Shown here in pieces: positions 30,990 through 40,571 of a stretch of DNA of 64,000 nt. Within the stretch, counting starts at the first letter, position 1. Every line of letters begins with the position of its first letter. The position numbers and the translations under genes were made by a program. The stretch comes from Candidatus Fermentithermobacillaceae bacterium (GTDB lineage Bacteria; Bacillota; Sulfobacillia; Fermentithermobacillales; Fermentithermobacillaceae). The notes under the pieces are model-generated. The model made no database searches. It was not told the origin of the DNA and saw nothing but the letters and a program-made list of their open reading frames with translations. The DNA is taken from the NCBI GenBank assembly GCA_012840345.1, contig DULO01000034.1, positions 3,013 through 67,012 on the forward strand, given 5' to 3'.

Positions 30990-31721
30990 CTACTCGATGC
31001 TCCGCACCAGGTCTGACAGGGTCGCGGGAGATAGGCCCCTTTCGCTTAGGTAAGTCAGGAATCTCACGAAATACGCTTCCTTGGGCACCATGCCCTTGTT
31101 CTCAAGCCTGATGAGGACGATGTCCCCGCGCTCGACCTGCCCCGCCAGGTCTTTGGCGGCCTCCTCCTCTTTGCCTTTCATCTTTGTAGCGAGGATCCCC
31201 GGCTTTACCGCGTGGAAACCCTCCTGGAAAGCAGCCTGCACAAGAACGTCGCTGTACTTTTGGCCCGGAGGAAGCATGAACGGGGCGGGGTCCAAAGAGG
31301 ACTTTGACAAAGCCTGCCTGGATCTTGTGATCCTGTCCTTCGCCTCAACGGAAGAAAGCTTGTGCATGGGCTTTTCGTCTGTACCCTTTACGCCAAACTC
31401 ATGCCCCGCGGCGGCCATGTCCTTCACGATATCGGGCTGCGCCTCGACAAATGTCGCGTTTATGAACCAAGTGGCCTTGATCCCGAGTCCTTCAAGGAAA
31501 GCGGCGCACTGGGTTACTTGCTCAACTCCTGCTGTGATAACGTCCACCACGACTCCGAATAGGGGCTTTTGGGTGCTGACCTTTTCCAAAGGGTTTATCT
31601 TGGCATGAGTTTCCTGTTCTCCGGGAAGGGAAACGCCGACGCGCACTCCCAGGACCACCAGTATGAGGGCGGCAAATATGGCCATTCTCCGACGGGAACC
31701 CGGTCTTAAGTAGATGACCAA
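30990..31721 (-). CDS. Polysaccharide deacetylase (NodB)-like exported protein, possibly catalytically degenerate
   Basis: Signal peptide, 'GIKATWFINATF' and 'GHEFGVKG' NodB-like motifs, but no canonical TFDDG. TTG start. Confidence 0.45.
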   Translation of the reverse strand: MVIYLRPGSRRRMAIFAALILVVLGVRVGVSLPGEQETHAKINPLEKVSTQKPLFGVVVDVITAGVEQVTQCAAFLEGLGIKATWFINATFVEAQPDIVKDMAAAGHEFGVKGTDEKPMHKLSSVEAKDRITRSRQALSKSSLDPAPFMLPPGQKYSDVLVQAAFQEGFHAVKPGILATKMKGKEEEAAKDLAGQVERGDIVLIRLENKGMVPKEAYFVRFLTYLSERGLSPATLSDLVRSIE

Positions 31722-31833
31722 GGCAGTGTCAACCTCCTTTCAGAGATGGTTGGACGGTCGTAAATACTTATGAAGAAACCCGGAAGGCTATAACAGAGGG
31801 GTTTTGGGCAGAAGATCGGTTCTAAAGCAGGCG

Positions 31834-33024
31834 TCAGGCTCTTTTTCGGGACGCTGAAATCCTTCTTAAGAGGCGGGCCTTGCGTTTTTGGAGGGGTTCG
31901 GGGACAGGAGACCCGCTTCCGAAACGGGAAATTGCTTGTTCCACGATTTCCAGGCTCTTTTGGAGGTCGCCCATAACGAGTTCATGGTAACGGGCAAGCC
32001 AAAGATAGTCTTCCGCGGTGCCCAGGCCGGACCCGGTGAGTTCTTCCCATATCTTCTTGGCGCCTTCCCAGTCGCCTTGCCGCCTCATTACCTGGGCGAG
32101 CAGGGCCCGTTTATCAGGTTCGCACGGGCCTTCGGCCGAGGCTGTCTCCAAGCATTTTCGGGCAAGGCGCAGGTTGCCCTTCCTGTAGTGCATTTTCCCC
32201 GCGTGGGAGAGAGCCAGGTTGTCTTTGGGCCGGTTTTCGGCCGCCGTTACGACGGCTCCAAGGACCCTGGCCAAGCACGCCATGTCCAGGACGTCCAGCC
32301 TGTTGTGCTTTAGGACGGGGTCCAGCACTGAGGCGTCTTTCTCCCGCTCATAGATGAAATAGAGGGCGGGTATCAGGTTTCCGGCGACGTCCCCTTCTCT
32401 CGCTACCCCCGCGAACCGTCTCACAGAGTCTTTCAGGTTGTGTCCGTATTGGACCCGCTTGCCCATGTTCCTGGCCAGCGCGAGAAGGTCCAAATGGCAG
32501 TGGGGACCGGCGGGAGGCCTTATTCCGCTCAAGACGAACCTGCTGTTTATTACAGGGACATCGAAGGTCTTCCCGTTGAAGGTGACCAGGGTACGGTGGG
32601 AGTCCAGGGCATCCCTCACGGCTTGAAGCAAAGCTTCTTCGCCGGCCCTGTCTGTGAGGAGAAACTGGGTGACCACGAAACCCTCTTGGGTCCATTCGCC
32701 CAAGCCCACCAAGAAGGCAAAGGTAGCCGCGCCGCCCAGCCCCGTTGTCTCGATGTCCAAGTAGAGCCAGCCGTCTAAGCTTTCAAGGCAAGGCTCCAAC
32801 GACCGGAATCCATCTAGAGAATCGGGAAGGCAAGGTTCCAGCCAGGGTAGAGACCCGGTCTTGTACACGGCAGTAATCTCCCGGTACTCGGGATTGTCCC
32901 GCACTTGGATGGATGCTGGCTCCGGGTGGACCAACGCTTTGGCCCGGTAGGGAAGGGGCCCCTTTTCCGGCGCGGGGATTTCCGGGCGGGCTTCGGGGTT
33001 TCTCTCCTCGATCTCCCGTATCAT
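31834..33024 (-). CDS. mrfB: MrfB/YprB-like RNase H-fold 3'-5' exonuclease with C-terminal TPR region
   Basis: 'LYLDIETTGL' DEDD-type exonuclease motif I, 'TFNGKTFDVP' motif II, 'HLDLL' motif III. C-terminal TPR-like repeats. ORF is open to 33150, but ATG 33024 avoids overlap with the upstream helicase. Confidence 0.6.
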   Translation of the reverse strand: MIREIEERNPEARPEIPAPEKGPLPYRAKALVHPEPASIQVRDNPEYREITAVYKTGSLPWLEPCLPDSLDGFRSLEPCLESLDGWLYLDIETTGLGGAATFAFLVGLGEWTQEGFVVTQFLLTDRAGEEALLQAVRDALDSHRTLVTFNGKTFDVPVINSRFVLSGIRPPAGPHCHLDLLALARNMGKRVQYGHNLKDSVRRFAGVAREGDVAGNLIPALYFIYEREKDASVLDPVLKHNRLDVLDMACLARVLGAVVTAAENRPKDNLALSHAGKMHYRKGNLRLARKCLETASAEGPCEPDKRALLAQVMRRQGDWEGAKKIWEELTGSGLGTAEDYLWLARYHELVMGDLQKSLEIVEQAISRFGSGSPVPEPLQKRKARLLRRISASRKRA

Positions 33025-33052
33025 GGCCCTCAGCCGTTCGATGAGGCCCTTA

Positions 33053-35353
33053 TCAGCCACGGGAAGGCGCACCACCTGTAAACCCGGCTTTCCTGAGCAA
33101 GGAGAGGCACAAGTCTTTGGTGCCTTCCCCGGCTTCGCCGGCCGGACCAACGCATCCCGGACAGCCGTCCAGGCAAGGGCAAGAAGATATAAGTTCCGAC
33201 GCGGCGTTTAACAGGTCCGGAAGGAGGGCGTATAGCCGCTCGGCCAATCCTACGCCTCCCGGATAGGAGTCGTACATGTACACCGTGGGGCGCCCGTCCA
33301 GGGGGGACCTGACCTCCACGGACACTCCCAAGTCCCGCTTGTCGCTCATCAAGAATAATGGGGCTATGTTGAGCAGGACGTTGGCGATGCCCGACAGGAC
33401 ACCTCCCACGAGCCTGGGGTCTGTGTCTTCAATGAGGTCCCGCGGGAGGCTGAACCAGGTGCCCTGGGTGTGCATGTTCATCTCCGGAAGGGCGATTTCG
33501 CCGGCCCCTACGTTCTCGTTGGTGTACAGCTTGATCTTCTTGAATATGGTGGCCAAGGCGGTGACGGAAAGCTCGCCGAACCGCGGGTTCAGCGGGGATT
33601 CCTGATCGTCTCTGTCAACGCTCACCACTTTCACCCCAACCGCCAGGTTGGCGTCGGTGTAGTAGTCCACGTTCACTTTCTTCACATACGCCTTCTTTGC
33701 CGGGTAGTCCAGGTGGAGGACGTGATATTGCTGGCCTCCGTGGAGGTAGATGGCCTCATCGTGTATCAAGAGGGGAGCGGACGCCCAGTCTACCTCTCCT
33801 ATAACTTGTCTGCCGCCTCCGGTGGTATCGATGACCACAAAATTCTCCGCCGACGCGGACCTGAGGCTCACGCCCGCCGCGGGGAAAGAATCAGACGACC
33901 AGTTCCACCTGTTTTGAGACCTGTACAGTATGCCCTGGTCCTTTAAGAGTTCCATGATGGGCGTGACGTCTTTTCCGGCAAACGTGGTAACGCCCTCCGG
34001 ATCGTCTTTGAAAGGCAGTTCGTAGGCGGCGCACTTGACGTGCTCGCCCAAGATGTAAGGATTGTCGGGGTTCACCAGCCCGTATTCCGCGCCCTGCTCA
34101 AAGAAGTAATCGGGGTTGTTGACGATGAACTGGTCCAATGGCCCTGCCCCCGCCACAAGTATGGACACGGCCCCTCCGGAGCGCCTCCCGGCCCTGCCCG
34201 CCTGCTGCCAGGTGCTGGCGATGGTGCCCGGGTAACCGGCCAAGATGGCGCACTCCAGGTTTCCGATGTCGATGCCCAGTTCGAGCGCGTTGGTGGCCGC
34301 CACCCCCAAGATCTTGCCTTCCCTGAGCCCACGCTCAATTGCCCTCCGCTCGTTGGGGAGGTATCCGCCTCTGTACCCTTGGATCCTGTCCTTTTCCATC
34401 CTCTCTTTGTAGGAAGCCCTGAGGTACTGTACCAAGAGCTCCACCGACACCCTGGACCTGGCGAACACTATGGTCTGCACGCCCGAGTCGATGAACCGCG
34501 ACGCGATCTTGGCGGCGGTGTCTATGACCGAGGCCCTCACAGACCCGTCAGGGGTAAGGGCCGGCGGGTTGTAGAAGATTATGTCCTTTTCAGCGGTGGG
34601 AGCGCCGTTCTTGAGGACCACCGACACCTTGTCCTGGATGAGCGTAGACGCCAGCTCTTCCGGGTTGGCGATAGTGGCTGAAGCCAAGATGAACTGGGGA
34701 TTTGAGCCGTAAAACGAGGCTATACGCTTAAGCCTCCTTATGACGTTGGCGACGTGGCTCCCGAATACGCCCCTGTAACCGTGCATCTCGTCTATTACCA
34801 CGAACTTAAGACCGGAAAAGAGCTTCACCCAAGTGGGGTGATGGGGAAGGATAGCCTGGTGAAGCATATCGGGGTTGGTTATGATCACCTGCCCGACCTC
34901 TTTAGCCAGCCGCCTTTTTTGGGAAGGGGTGTCGCCGTCAAAGGTGTAGCTCCTGAGGGTGAAGTTCCCTTTCTGAGCCAGCTCGGACATCTCGGCCAGC
35001 TGGTCTTGAGCCAGGGCCTTGGTCGGGAATATGTAGAGCGCCCGGCTTTCAGGGTCTTTAAGGACCGCGTCCAGCACCGGCAGGTTGTAACAAAGAGTTT
35101 TTCCCGACGCCGTGGGCGTGACCACGCACACGTTGGCGCCCTCTAAGAGCAAGTCGTACGCTTCCCGCTGGTGGCTGTAAAGCCGCTTGATCCCCTTGGA
35201 TTCCAAGGCCGATACCAGGGAGGGGTGTATTCCCTCAGGTATGGGCCTAAAGTCGCCTTCAGACGCAGGAATATGATGCCAGGCCGTGACTCCCGAGAGA
35301 AACCTCGGGTCGGCCCTTAAGAGAGATGCCACTTCAATAGCGGTTTTTTTCAT
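33053..35353 (-). CDS. mrfA: MrfA/YprA-like DEAD/DEAH-box helicase with C-terminal DUF1998 4-Cys domain
   Basis: 'TPTASGKT' Walker A, 'DEMH' box, helicase C motifs. C-terminal 'SCPCLDGCPGC' cysteine cluster typical of DUF1998. Confidence 0.75.
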   Translation of the reverse strand: MKKTAIEVASLLRADPRFLSGVTAWHHIPASEGDFRPIPEGIHPSLVSALESKGIKRLYSHQREAYDLLLEGANVCVVTPTASGKTLCYNLPVLDAVLKDPESRALYIFPTKALAQDQLAEMSELAQKGNFTLRSYTFDGDTPSQKRRLAKEVGQVIITNPDMLHQAILPHHPTWVKLFSGLKFVVIDEMHGYRGVFGSHVANVIRRLKRIASFYGSNPQFILASATIANPEELASTLIQDKVSVVLKNGAPTAEKDIIFYNPPALTPDGSVRASVIDTAAKIASRFIDSGVQTIVFARSRVSVELLVQYLRASYKERMEKDRIQGYRGGYLPNERRAIERGLREGKILGVAATNALELGIDIGNLECAILAGYPGTIASTWQQAGRAGRRSGGAVSILVAGAGPLDQFIVNNPDYFFEQGAEYGLVNPDNPYILGEHVKCAAYELPFKDDPEGVTTFAGKDVTPIMELLKDQGILYRSQNRWNWSSDSFPAAGVSLRSASAENFVVIDTTGGGRQVIGEVDWASAPLLIHDEAIYLHGGQQYHVLHLDYPAKKAYVKKVNVDYYTDANLAVGVKVVSVDRDDQESPLNPRFGELSVTALATIFKKIKLYTNENVGAGEIALPEMNMHTQGTWFSLPRDLIEDTDPRLVGGVLSGIANVLLNIAPLFLMSDKRDLGVSVEVRSPLDGRPTVYMYDSYPGGVGLAERLYALLPDLLNAASELISSCPCLDGCPGCVGPAGEAGEGTKDLCLSLLRKAGFTGGAPSRG

Positions 35354-35559
35354 GTTAGCGGTAACTGTCCTCCTTCGGCCGGTTAGGAGATTCCTGGAAC
35401 CGGCCCGGAAAACTGAGAACGCCGGTCTGAGCGGGAGGCCGGTCCGCCCCAGGTTTACCTACGCGCTTCTAGAGCCCAGCATAGAGGGGTGATCCTTTCG
35501 CCCCACTCTAGTACATTAGCGGTACCACCTTATGTAAAGGAAGAAGGTGCGAACCAACA

Positions 35560-36465
35560 GTGATAGGTCCTTCCAAATCATGGACTAAGCTATCTAAATT
35601 GCTGTTTTGTGTCACCGTTCTTTTTTTGGCGCTAATCCTTCTACCTATTCGCTCCTACGCTGCTCCACTCCTCCGAATGGGAAGTAGAGGGGACGAGGTG
35701 GCAGCCCTACAGACAGCCCTGTTAAACGCCGGCTTCAACCCCGGTCCGGTGGACGGCATCTTTGGGGCGAAGACACTGTCCGCCCTTAAAGAATTCCAGG
35801 CAGCCGCGGGCATAGCGGTCGACGGGATATGCGGTCCCATTACCCAGGACGCCCTTAGCAGGTGGCAGGGTACCTCAAGGTCAACAGGACGCCTCCGGGG
35901 CAAGACCGTAGTCCTCGATCCGGGACACGGCGGACAAGAACCGGGCGCCTTATCTCCTTGGGGAGACAAAGAAAAGAACTTCACCTTGTCCATCGCCTCT
36001 AAAGTACGCTACTACCTGGAAACCCAAGGGGCCAACGTGATAATGACCAGGTACGGCGACTACAGTCCGGGTTCAGACTGGGGGTACTGGGTCGATGAAC
36101 TGGTGGCGCGGGCGTCTATAGCCAACTCCAACGCGGCCGATATCTTCGTAAGCGTACATATTAACGCTTACCCCCAAGACCCGACAGTATCCGGAGTGAT
36201 GGGGTTTTATAGAAGAGGATCGTGGAGTTCCCAATCGCTTGCTTCCACGATAGCGCAGTGTGTGGCGGGGACCACCGGGCTCAGGTATATCGACACACAG
36301 GTAGGGCCCTACTACGTGCTGAACCACACCTATATGCCTGCCGCGCTGGTTGAGGTAGGGTTCATGACCAACTGGAACGATGTGAACCTTCTCCGGCAAA
36401 ACTGGTTCCTGGATCAGGTGGCGATAGGGATTTCCCAGGGCATAGCGGACTATTTGACTCGCTAG
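35560..36465 (+). CDS. N-acetylmuramoyl-L-alanine amidase (Amidase_3) with N-terminal peptidoglycan-binding domain
   Basis: Signal peptide. PG_binding_1 repeats 'GSRGDEVAALQTALLNAGF...GIFGAKTLSALKEFQ'. Amidase_3 'VVLDPGHGG' and 'SVHINA'. Confidence 0.75.
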   Translation: MIGPSKSWTKLSKLLFCVTVLFLALILLPIRSYAAPLLRMGSRGDEVAALQTALLNAGFNPGPVDGIFGAKTLSALKEFQAAAGIAVDGICGPITQDALSRWQGTSRSTGRLRGKTVVLDPGHGGQEPGALSPWGDKEKNFTLSIASKVRYYLETQGANVIMTRYGDYSPGSDWGYWVDELVARASIANSNAADIFVSVHINAYPQDPTVSGVMGFYRRGSWSSQSLASTIAQCVAGTTGLRYIDTQVGPYYVLNHTYMPAALVEVGFMTNWNDVNLLRQNWFLDQVAIGISQGIADYLTR

Positions 36466-36516
36466 GCGCATACGGATCTTCCAGAACCATACCTTTTTCA
36501 GGGGCAGGTAGGACGT

Positions 36517-38232
36517 ATGTTAGTGGCCCTGGTCGGGCAGCCGAATTCGGGAAAGAGCGCGCTCTTGGGCTGCCTTACCGGGGCCAAGGTTTTTACCTCC
36601 AATTATCCGGGAACCACCGTCGAAGTGACTGAGGGGAGAGTCCCGGGCACCGGCATTACCGTCCTGGACACTCCGGGGATCTACTCGATGCGGGCGCTTA
36701 GCAAAGAACAGCAAGTCACGAGAAAGGTGATCCTGGAGCGTCGCCCCCGGGTCATCGTAAACGTGGTTGACGGTACCAGCTTGAGAAAGCAACTGCCTCT
36801 AACCCTGTCTTTGAAGAGCCTGGGAATCCCAATAGTCTTGGCGGTGAACCAGGCGGACCGCATGAAGGAACTGGGCATCCACATAGACCTTGATGTCCTG
36901 AGAAAGGAAACGGGCGCGGAGGCGGTACTCACTTCGGCCATAACGGGAGAAGGCGCCGAAACGCTGCTTCAGGCGATAGAAAAAGCCGCGGCTTCGGGTG
37001 CCGGGGAAGACGGGCCTTCGGCGCCGTTCTCGTCCCACGAGCCTTGTAGGTCTTTTGGACCTTACGACCTGCGCGACCTGCATGAAGCGGCCTCGGCCAT
37101 CGCGGATAGAACGGTCAGGCTGCGGGGAGCCTCAGGGCGCCGGTCGCCGGCGGAGTATCTGGACCGCCTCTTGGACCGTCCCGCGGCCTCATGGCTGGTA
37201 CTGGGAGGCTTGCTCTGGGCCGTGTGGAGGTTCTCTTCGTGGGCCTTGCCTTTTGCCGAAACCTCCGTACGGATGATACTGAACCCTTTGCGGGTTCATG
37301 CCGAAAGCCTCCTGAGAGCCGTCTTGCCCCGCGGGCCCTTAGCCGAAACGCTTTCCGAGGCCGTTCCCGAAGGCTTTATCCTGCCCATGGCAACCGTGTT
37401 GCCCGCCATGATCCTGGCGTACTCGCTCATGGCCGTCTTGGAGGACTCGGGGTTCTTGGGGAGAATGGCAGCCCTAAGCGATGTTTTCACGGCCGCCCTG
37501 AACCTTCCCGGCCAGTCAATGATCCCGCTAACCCTGGGTTTTGGCTGCAGGGTCCCCGCGCTCATGGCTGCCAGGATCCTGCCGGGAGAACGTTCGAGAC
37601 GTACGGCGAGTCTCATCATCGCCACATGCGTGCCTTGTACGGCGACCATATCCCTCTCCCTGGCGGCGCTTGCCAAGTTCCGCGCTTCCTTCGCGGTCCC
37701 GGGGGTCTTGACTGCCGTCTCGGCGCTGACAATAGGGTGGGCGGCGCGACTTATCCCCGGAGGACAAAAGGAACCCTTGGTGCTCGAGCTCCCTCCGCTG
37801 AGGATCCCTTCGTTAAGGAACATAGCCATGAAAACTCAAGCGAGGCTCAGAGGCTTTTTCTCCCACGCTTTGCCGCTCTTGGTCGTGGTGAACTCGGCGG
37901 TGAGGGTGTTCATGTCCCAAGGGCTTCCCGCGGGAGCCAACGTGTCCCGATTTTCCCGTGTCTACCTGGGCATACCTCCCGAGGCCCTCTGGAGCGTCCT
38001 CCTGACCATGTTTCAGCGATACCTGGCCCCTCTCTTCCTAATGCAGCAAAACCTCACGCCCAGGGAAGCCGTGATAGCCGTGTCCATGGTGGCGTTGGGG
38101 TTCCCGTGCTTGCCCTCGGCGGTCGTTCTGTGGAGGGAAAACGGGGCAAGGTTTGTCCTCCTTACGTTCCTTACCTCGCTCATCCTGTTCATCGGGTGGG
38201 GCATGGTCCTTAACCTGATCCTGCCAAGCTGA
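36517..38232 (+). CDS. feoB: Ferrous iron transporter B
   Basis: G-domain 'GQPNSGKS', 'DTPG', 'NQAD', followed by a polytopic membrane domain. Confidence 0.8.
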   Translation: MLVALVGQPNSGKSALLGCLTGAKVFTSNYPGTTVEVTEGRVPGTGITVLDTPGIYSMRALSKEQQVTRKVILERRPRVIVNVVDGTSLRKQLPLTLSLKSLGIPIVLAVNQADRMKELGIHIDLDVLRKETGAEAVLTSAITGEGAETLLQAIEKAAASGAGEDGPSAPFSSHEPCRSFGPYDLRDLHEAASAIADRTVRLRGASGRRSPAEYLDRLLDRPAASWLVLGGLLWAVWRFSSWALPFAETSVRMILNPLRVHAESLLRAVLPRGPLAETLSEAVPEGFILPMATVLPAMILAYSLMAVLEDSGFLGRMAALSDVFTAALNLPGQSMIPLTLGFGCRVPALMAARILPGERSRRTASLIIATCVPCTATISLSLAALAKFRASFAVPGVLTAVSALTIGWAARLIPGGQKEPLVLELPPLRIPSLRNIAMKTQARLRGFFSHALPLLVVVNSAVRVFMSQGLPAGANVSRFSRVYLGIPPEALWSVLLTMFQRYLAPLFLMQQNLTPREAVIAVSMVALGFPCLPSAVVLWRENGARFVLLTFLTSLILFIGWGMVLNLILPS

Positions 38233-38310
38233 GGAGGCACGGACGTGAGAGGGACGAACGTAAGGGGGACCAACGTGAGGGGCAAGCGCGCCGAGACCAC
38301 CATCGCGTCC

Positions 38311-38553
38311 ATGCCCCAAGGGCGCCGGTACATCGTCGAGTCCCTGCGAAGACCCGCCGGCGCCGGTCCCGCTTCGTGGGATACTACCGTTTCACGCCTT
38401 GAGGAACTGGGAGTCATGCCGGGTGAGACCGTGGAAAAGGTCGGGACTCTGAGCCCCGCCGGTCCCGTGGTCGTGCGGGTGTTAGGAAGCAAAGTGGCCC
38501 TCTCTAAGGACGTAGCTGACCTGGTCATTGTTCGGCCCGCCCCCAAATGCTAA
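38311..38553 (+). CDS. feoA: FeoA-like small protein
   Basis: About 80 aa SH3-like 'VESLRRPAG...LGVMPGETVEKV...VVVRVLGSKVALSKDVADLVIV'. ORF is open from 38245 through a 15-nt tandem repeat. Confidence 0.5.
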   Translation: MPQGRRYIVESLRRPAGAGPASWDTTVSRLEELGVMPGETVEKVGTLSPAGPVVVRVLGSKVALSKDVADLVIVRPAPKC

Positions 38554-38565
38554 TATAGTGGCGTT

Positions 38566-39894
38566 ATGGCCAAGGCTAAGTGCTCTATAATCGTGTACGG
38601 CTGCTCAAAGAACCAGCTTGACGCCGAGGAGATGGCGGTGAGGCTAAGGCAGGCCGGGTTTCAGGTGGTGCCCGACCCGTCGTCAGCCGACATTGTCATC
38701 GTCCATACCTGCGGGTTTATCCAAGACGCGAAGAAGGAATCCATAGAAGGCGTCCTTATGGCTTGCCGGATGGCCGAGGAAGGCTCCGGAGCGAGGGTCC
38801 TGGTCACGGGCTGTCTCTCACAGCGCTACCCGGACGAACTGGCCAAAGAGATCCCGGAAATAAGCGGTGTGGCCGGCACAGCCGCTCCCAAGGACATAGT
38901 GGAATTAGTGAACGCTGCCCTGTCGGGAGAACGGGTAGAGGCGGTGGGAGTTCCGGGACGGGGCGCTCCCGGCGGAGAAGGGCTGAGGCTCCAGGACGTA
39001 ACCGGTCCTTGGAGTTACCTGCGAGTGAGCGAAGGATGCCGCCACCGCTGCACTTACTGCGCTATCCCCGGAATACGCGGCCCCTTGGCGTCCCGCCCCA
39101 TGGAAGAAGTGGTAGCCGAAGCGCGCCTATTGTCGTCTTTAGGAGTAAGGGAACTGAACCTTATCGCCGAAGACCTAAGCGACTACGGCTATGACTGGGA
39201 TAGGGGACGGCACTTGCCCCGCCTTTTGGCCGAACTTGCCGAGATAGAGGAGATCATGTGGATCCGCCTCTTGTACGTACGGCCTGACGGGGTGACGCCT
39301 GAGCTCGCTGAAGCCATGGCCCATCCGAAGATAGTCCCGTACATCGATCTTCCCATCGAGCACGGCTCGGACAAGATCTTGCGCCTCATGGGAAGGCCGG
39401 GAGTTCAAGATATACGAAGAGCCGTGAGCCTACTCAGGCAAAACGTTCCGGGCCTCCACCTCCGCACCACGGTGATCGCGGGGTTCCCCGGAGAAACCGA
39501 AGAAGACCTAAAGGAGACCATAGACTTTCTCCGCGAGATCGGTGCCCACAGGGTCGGAGTCTTCGCGTATTCCCGTGAGGAAGGCACGCCCGCGTACTTG
39601 CTTCCCGACGTCGTCCCGGAAGAATTGGGGAAAGAAAGGGCCGAACGGGTGCGGCGCGCGGGATTGGCTCTCGCGAAGAAGCATAGCCGCGACATGATCG
39701 GCTCGACGATTCCTGTTCTCTTGACCGGGCCCTCGACAAGGAAAGGCTACTGGGTCGGCAGAGGACCTCATCAGGCTCCGGAAGTGGACGGAAAGACCTA
39801 CGTCAAGGTGGGGGACATGAATCCCGCGCCGGGGCAGATCGTGAACGCCAAGGTCACCGACGCGGCCGTGCTGGACCTGTTCGCCTCGGTCTGA
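38566..39894 (+). CDS. rimO: RimO-like radical-SAM methylthiotransferase (MiaB family, with TRAM domain)
   Basis: MTTase N-domain cysteines, radical SAM 'CRHRCTYCAIP', C-terminal TRAM. RimO vs MtaB assignment is tentative. Confidence 0.6.
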   Translation: MAKAKCSIIVYGCSKNQLDAEEMAVRLRQAGFQVVPDPSSADIVIVHTCGFIQDAKKESIEGVLMACRMAEEGSGARVLVTGCLSQRYPDELAKEIPEISGVAGTAAPKDIVELVNAALSGERVEAVGVPGRGAPGGEGLRLQDVTGPWSYLRVSEGCRHRCTYCAIPGIRGPLASRPMEEVVAEARLLSSLGVRELNLIAEDLSDYGYDWDRGRHLPRLLAELAEIEEIMWIRLLYVRPDGVTPELAEAMAHPKIVPYIDLPIEHGSDKILRLMGRPGVQDIRRAVSLLRQNVPGLHLRTTVIAGFPGETEEDLKETIDFLREIGAHRVGVFAYSREEGTPAYLLPDVVPEELGKERAERVRRAGLALAKKHSRDMIGSTIPVLLTGPSTRKGYWVGRGPHQAPEVDGKTYVKVGDMNPAPGQIVNAKVTDAAVLDLFASV

Positions 39895-40037
39895 GCGTCG
39901 AACGTCCGGCAATTTCCCTGCTAAAACCGCAATTGCCCGCCAACCCTGCCACTCATTACCTTAGAAGTTGCCCTCTCGCTCTTGTTATACTTATGTCAAC
40001 TTGCGGGATAAACCAAATACTTAGGAAGAGGATGCTC

Positions 40038-40571
40038 ATGGCCAAGAAGGGCTTCAGATGGGAATTCGTGGCTCTATCGGCGGTCTTGACCTTAGTCCTA
40101 TTGAGTCTGGGCTACACGCTGTACGACAAGGTAGGCGTGAAAGACCCTCTTGAAAGAACGCTCGTGTCCCAGGACGCGGTCCTAAACGTTACGTCGAGGC
40201 GAGATAAGGGTGTAACCGTCCTGGAAATCGAGTTCAATAGGGTGGAGGACTTCGCCTCGTCCTACGCTTCCCTGGAGAAAACCATCCGGGAACGCCTGGG
40301 TTCCAACTACCGGATCGAGGTAAAGGACGCTCGTGACGAGTCACTGGAAAAAGCATATCTCTCCATCCACTACTACCTTGAGGAAGCCTCGGTACGGGGC
40401 AATTTCGGGGACATGATCGAGTCATGCCAGGCCCGGCTGATGGAGACGGGGCTTGAGAACTTCAAGATAGTGCTGGATGAAAGCCATATTTACGTGCAAC
40501 TGGAAAGCGACCACGGCTATCTTTACAGAGTTCTGGACCGGACGGGTCCTAAGGCGGGAGGTGCGCCATGA
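40038..40571 (+). CDS. Single-pass membrane protein of unknown function, translationally coupled to the FtsH-like gene
   Basis: ATG 40038 after 'aggaagagg'. TM 'FVALSAVLTLVLLSL', then a soluble extracytoplasmic-type domain of about 150 aa. Stop overlaps the downstream start. Confidence 0.45.
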   Translation: MAKKGFRWEFVALSAVLTLVLLSLGYTLYDKVGVKDPLERTLVSQDAVLNVTSRRDKGVTVLEIEFNRVEDFASSYASLEKTIRERLGSNYRIEVKDARDESLEKAYLSIHYYLEEASVRGNFGDMIESCQARLMETGLENFKIVLDESHIYVQLESDHGYLYRVLDRTGPKAGGAP

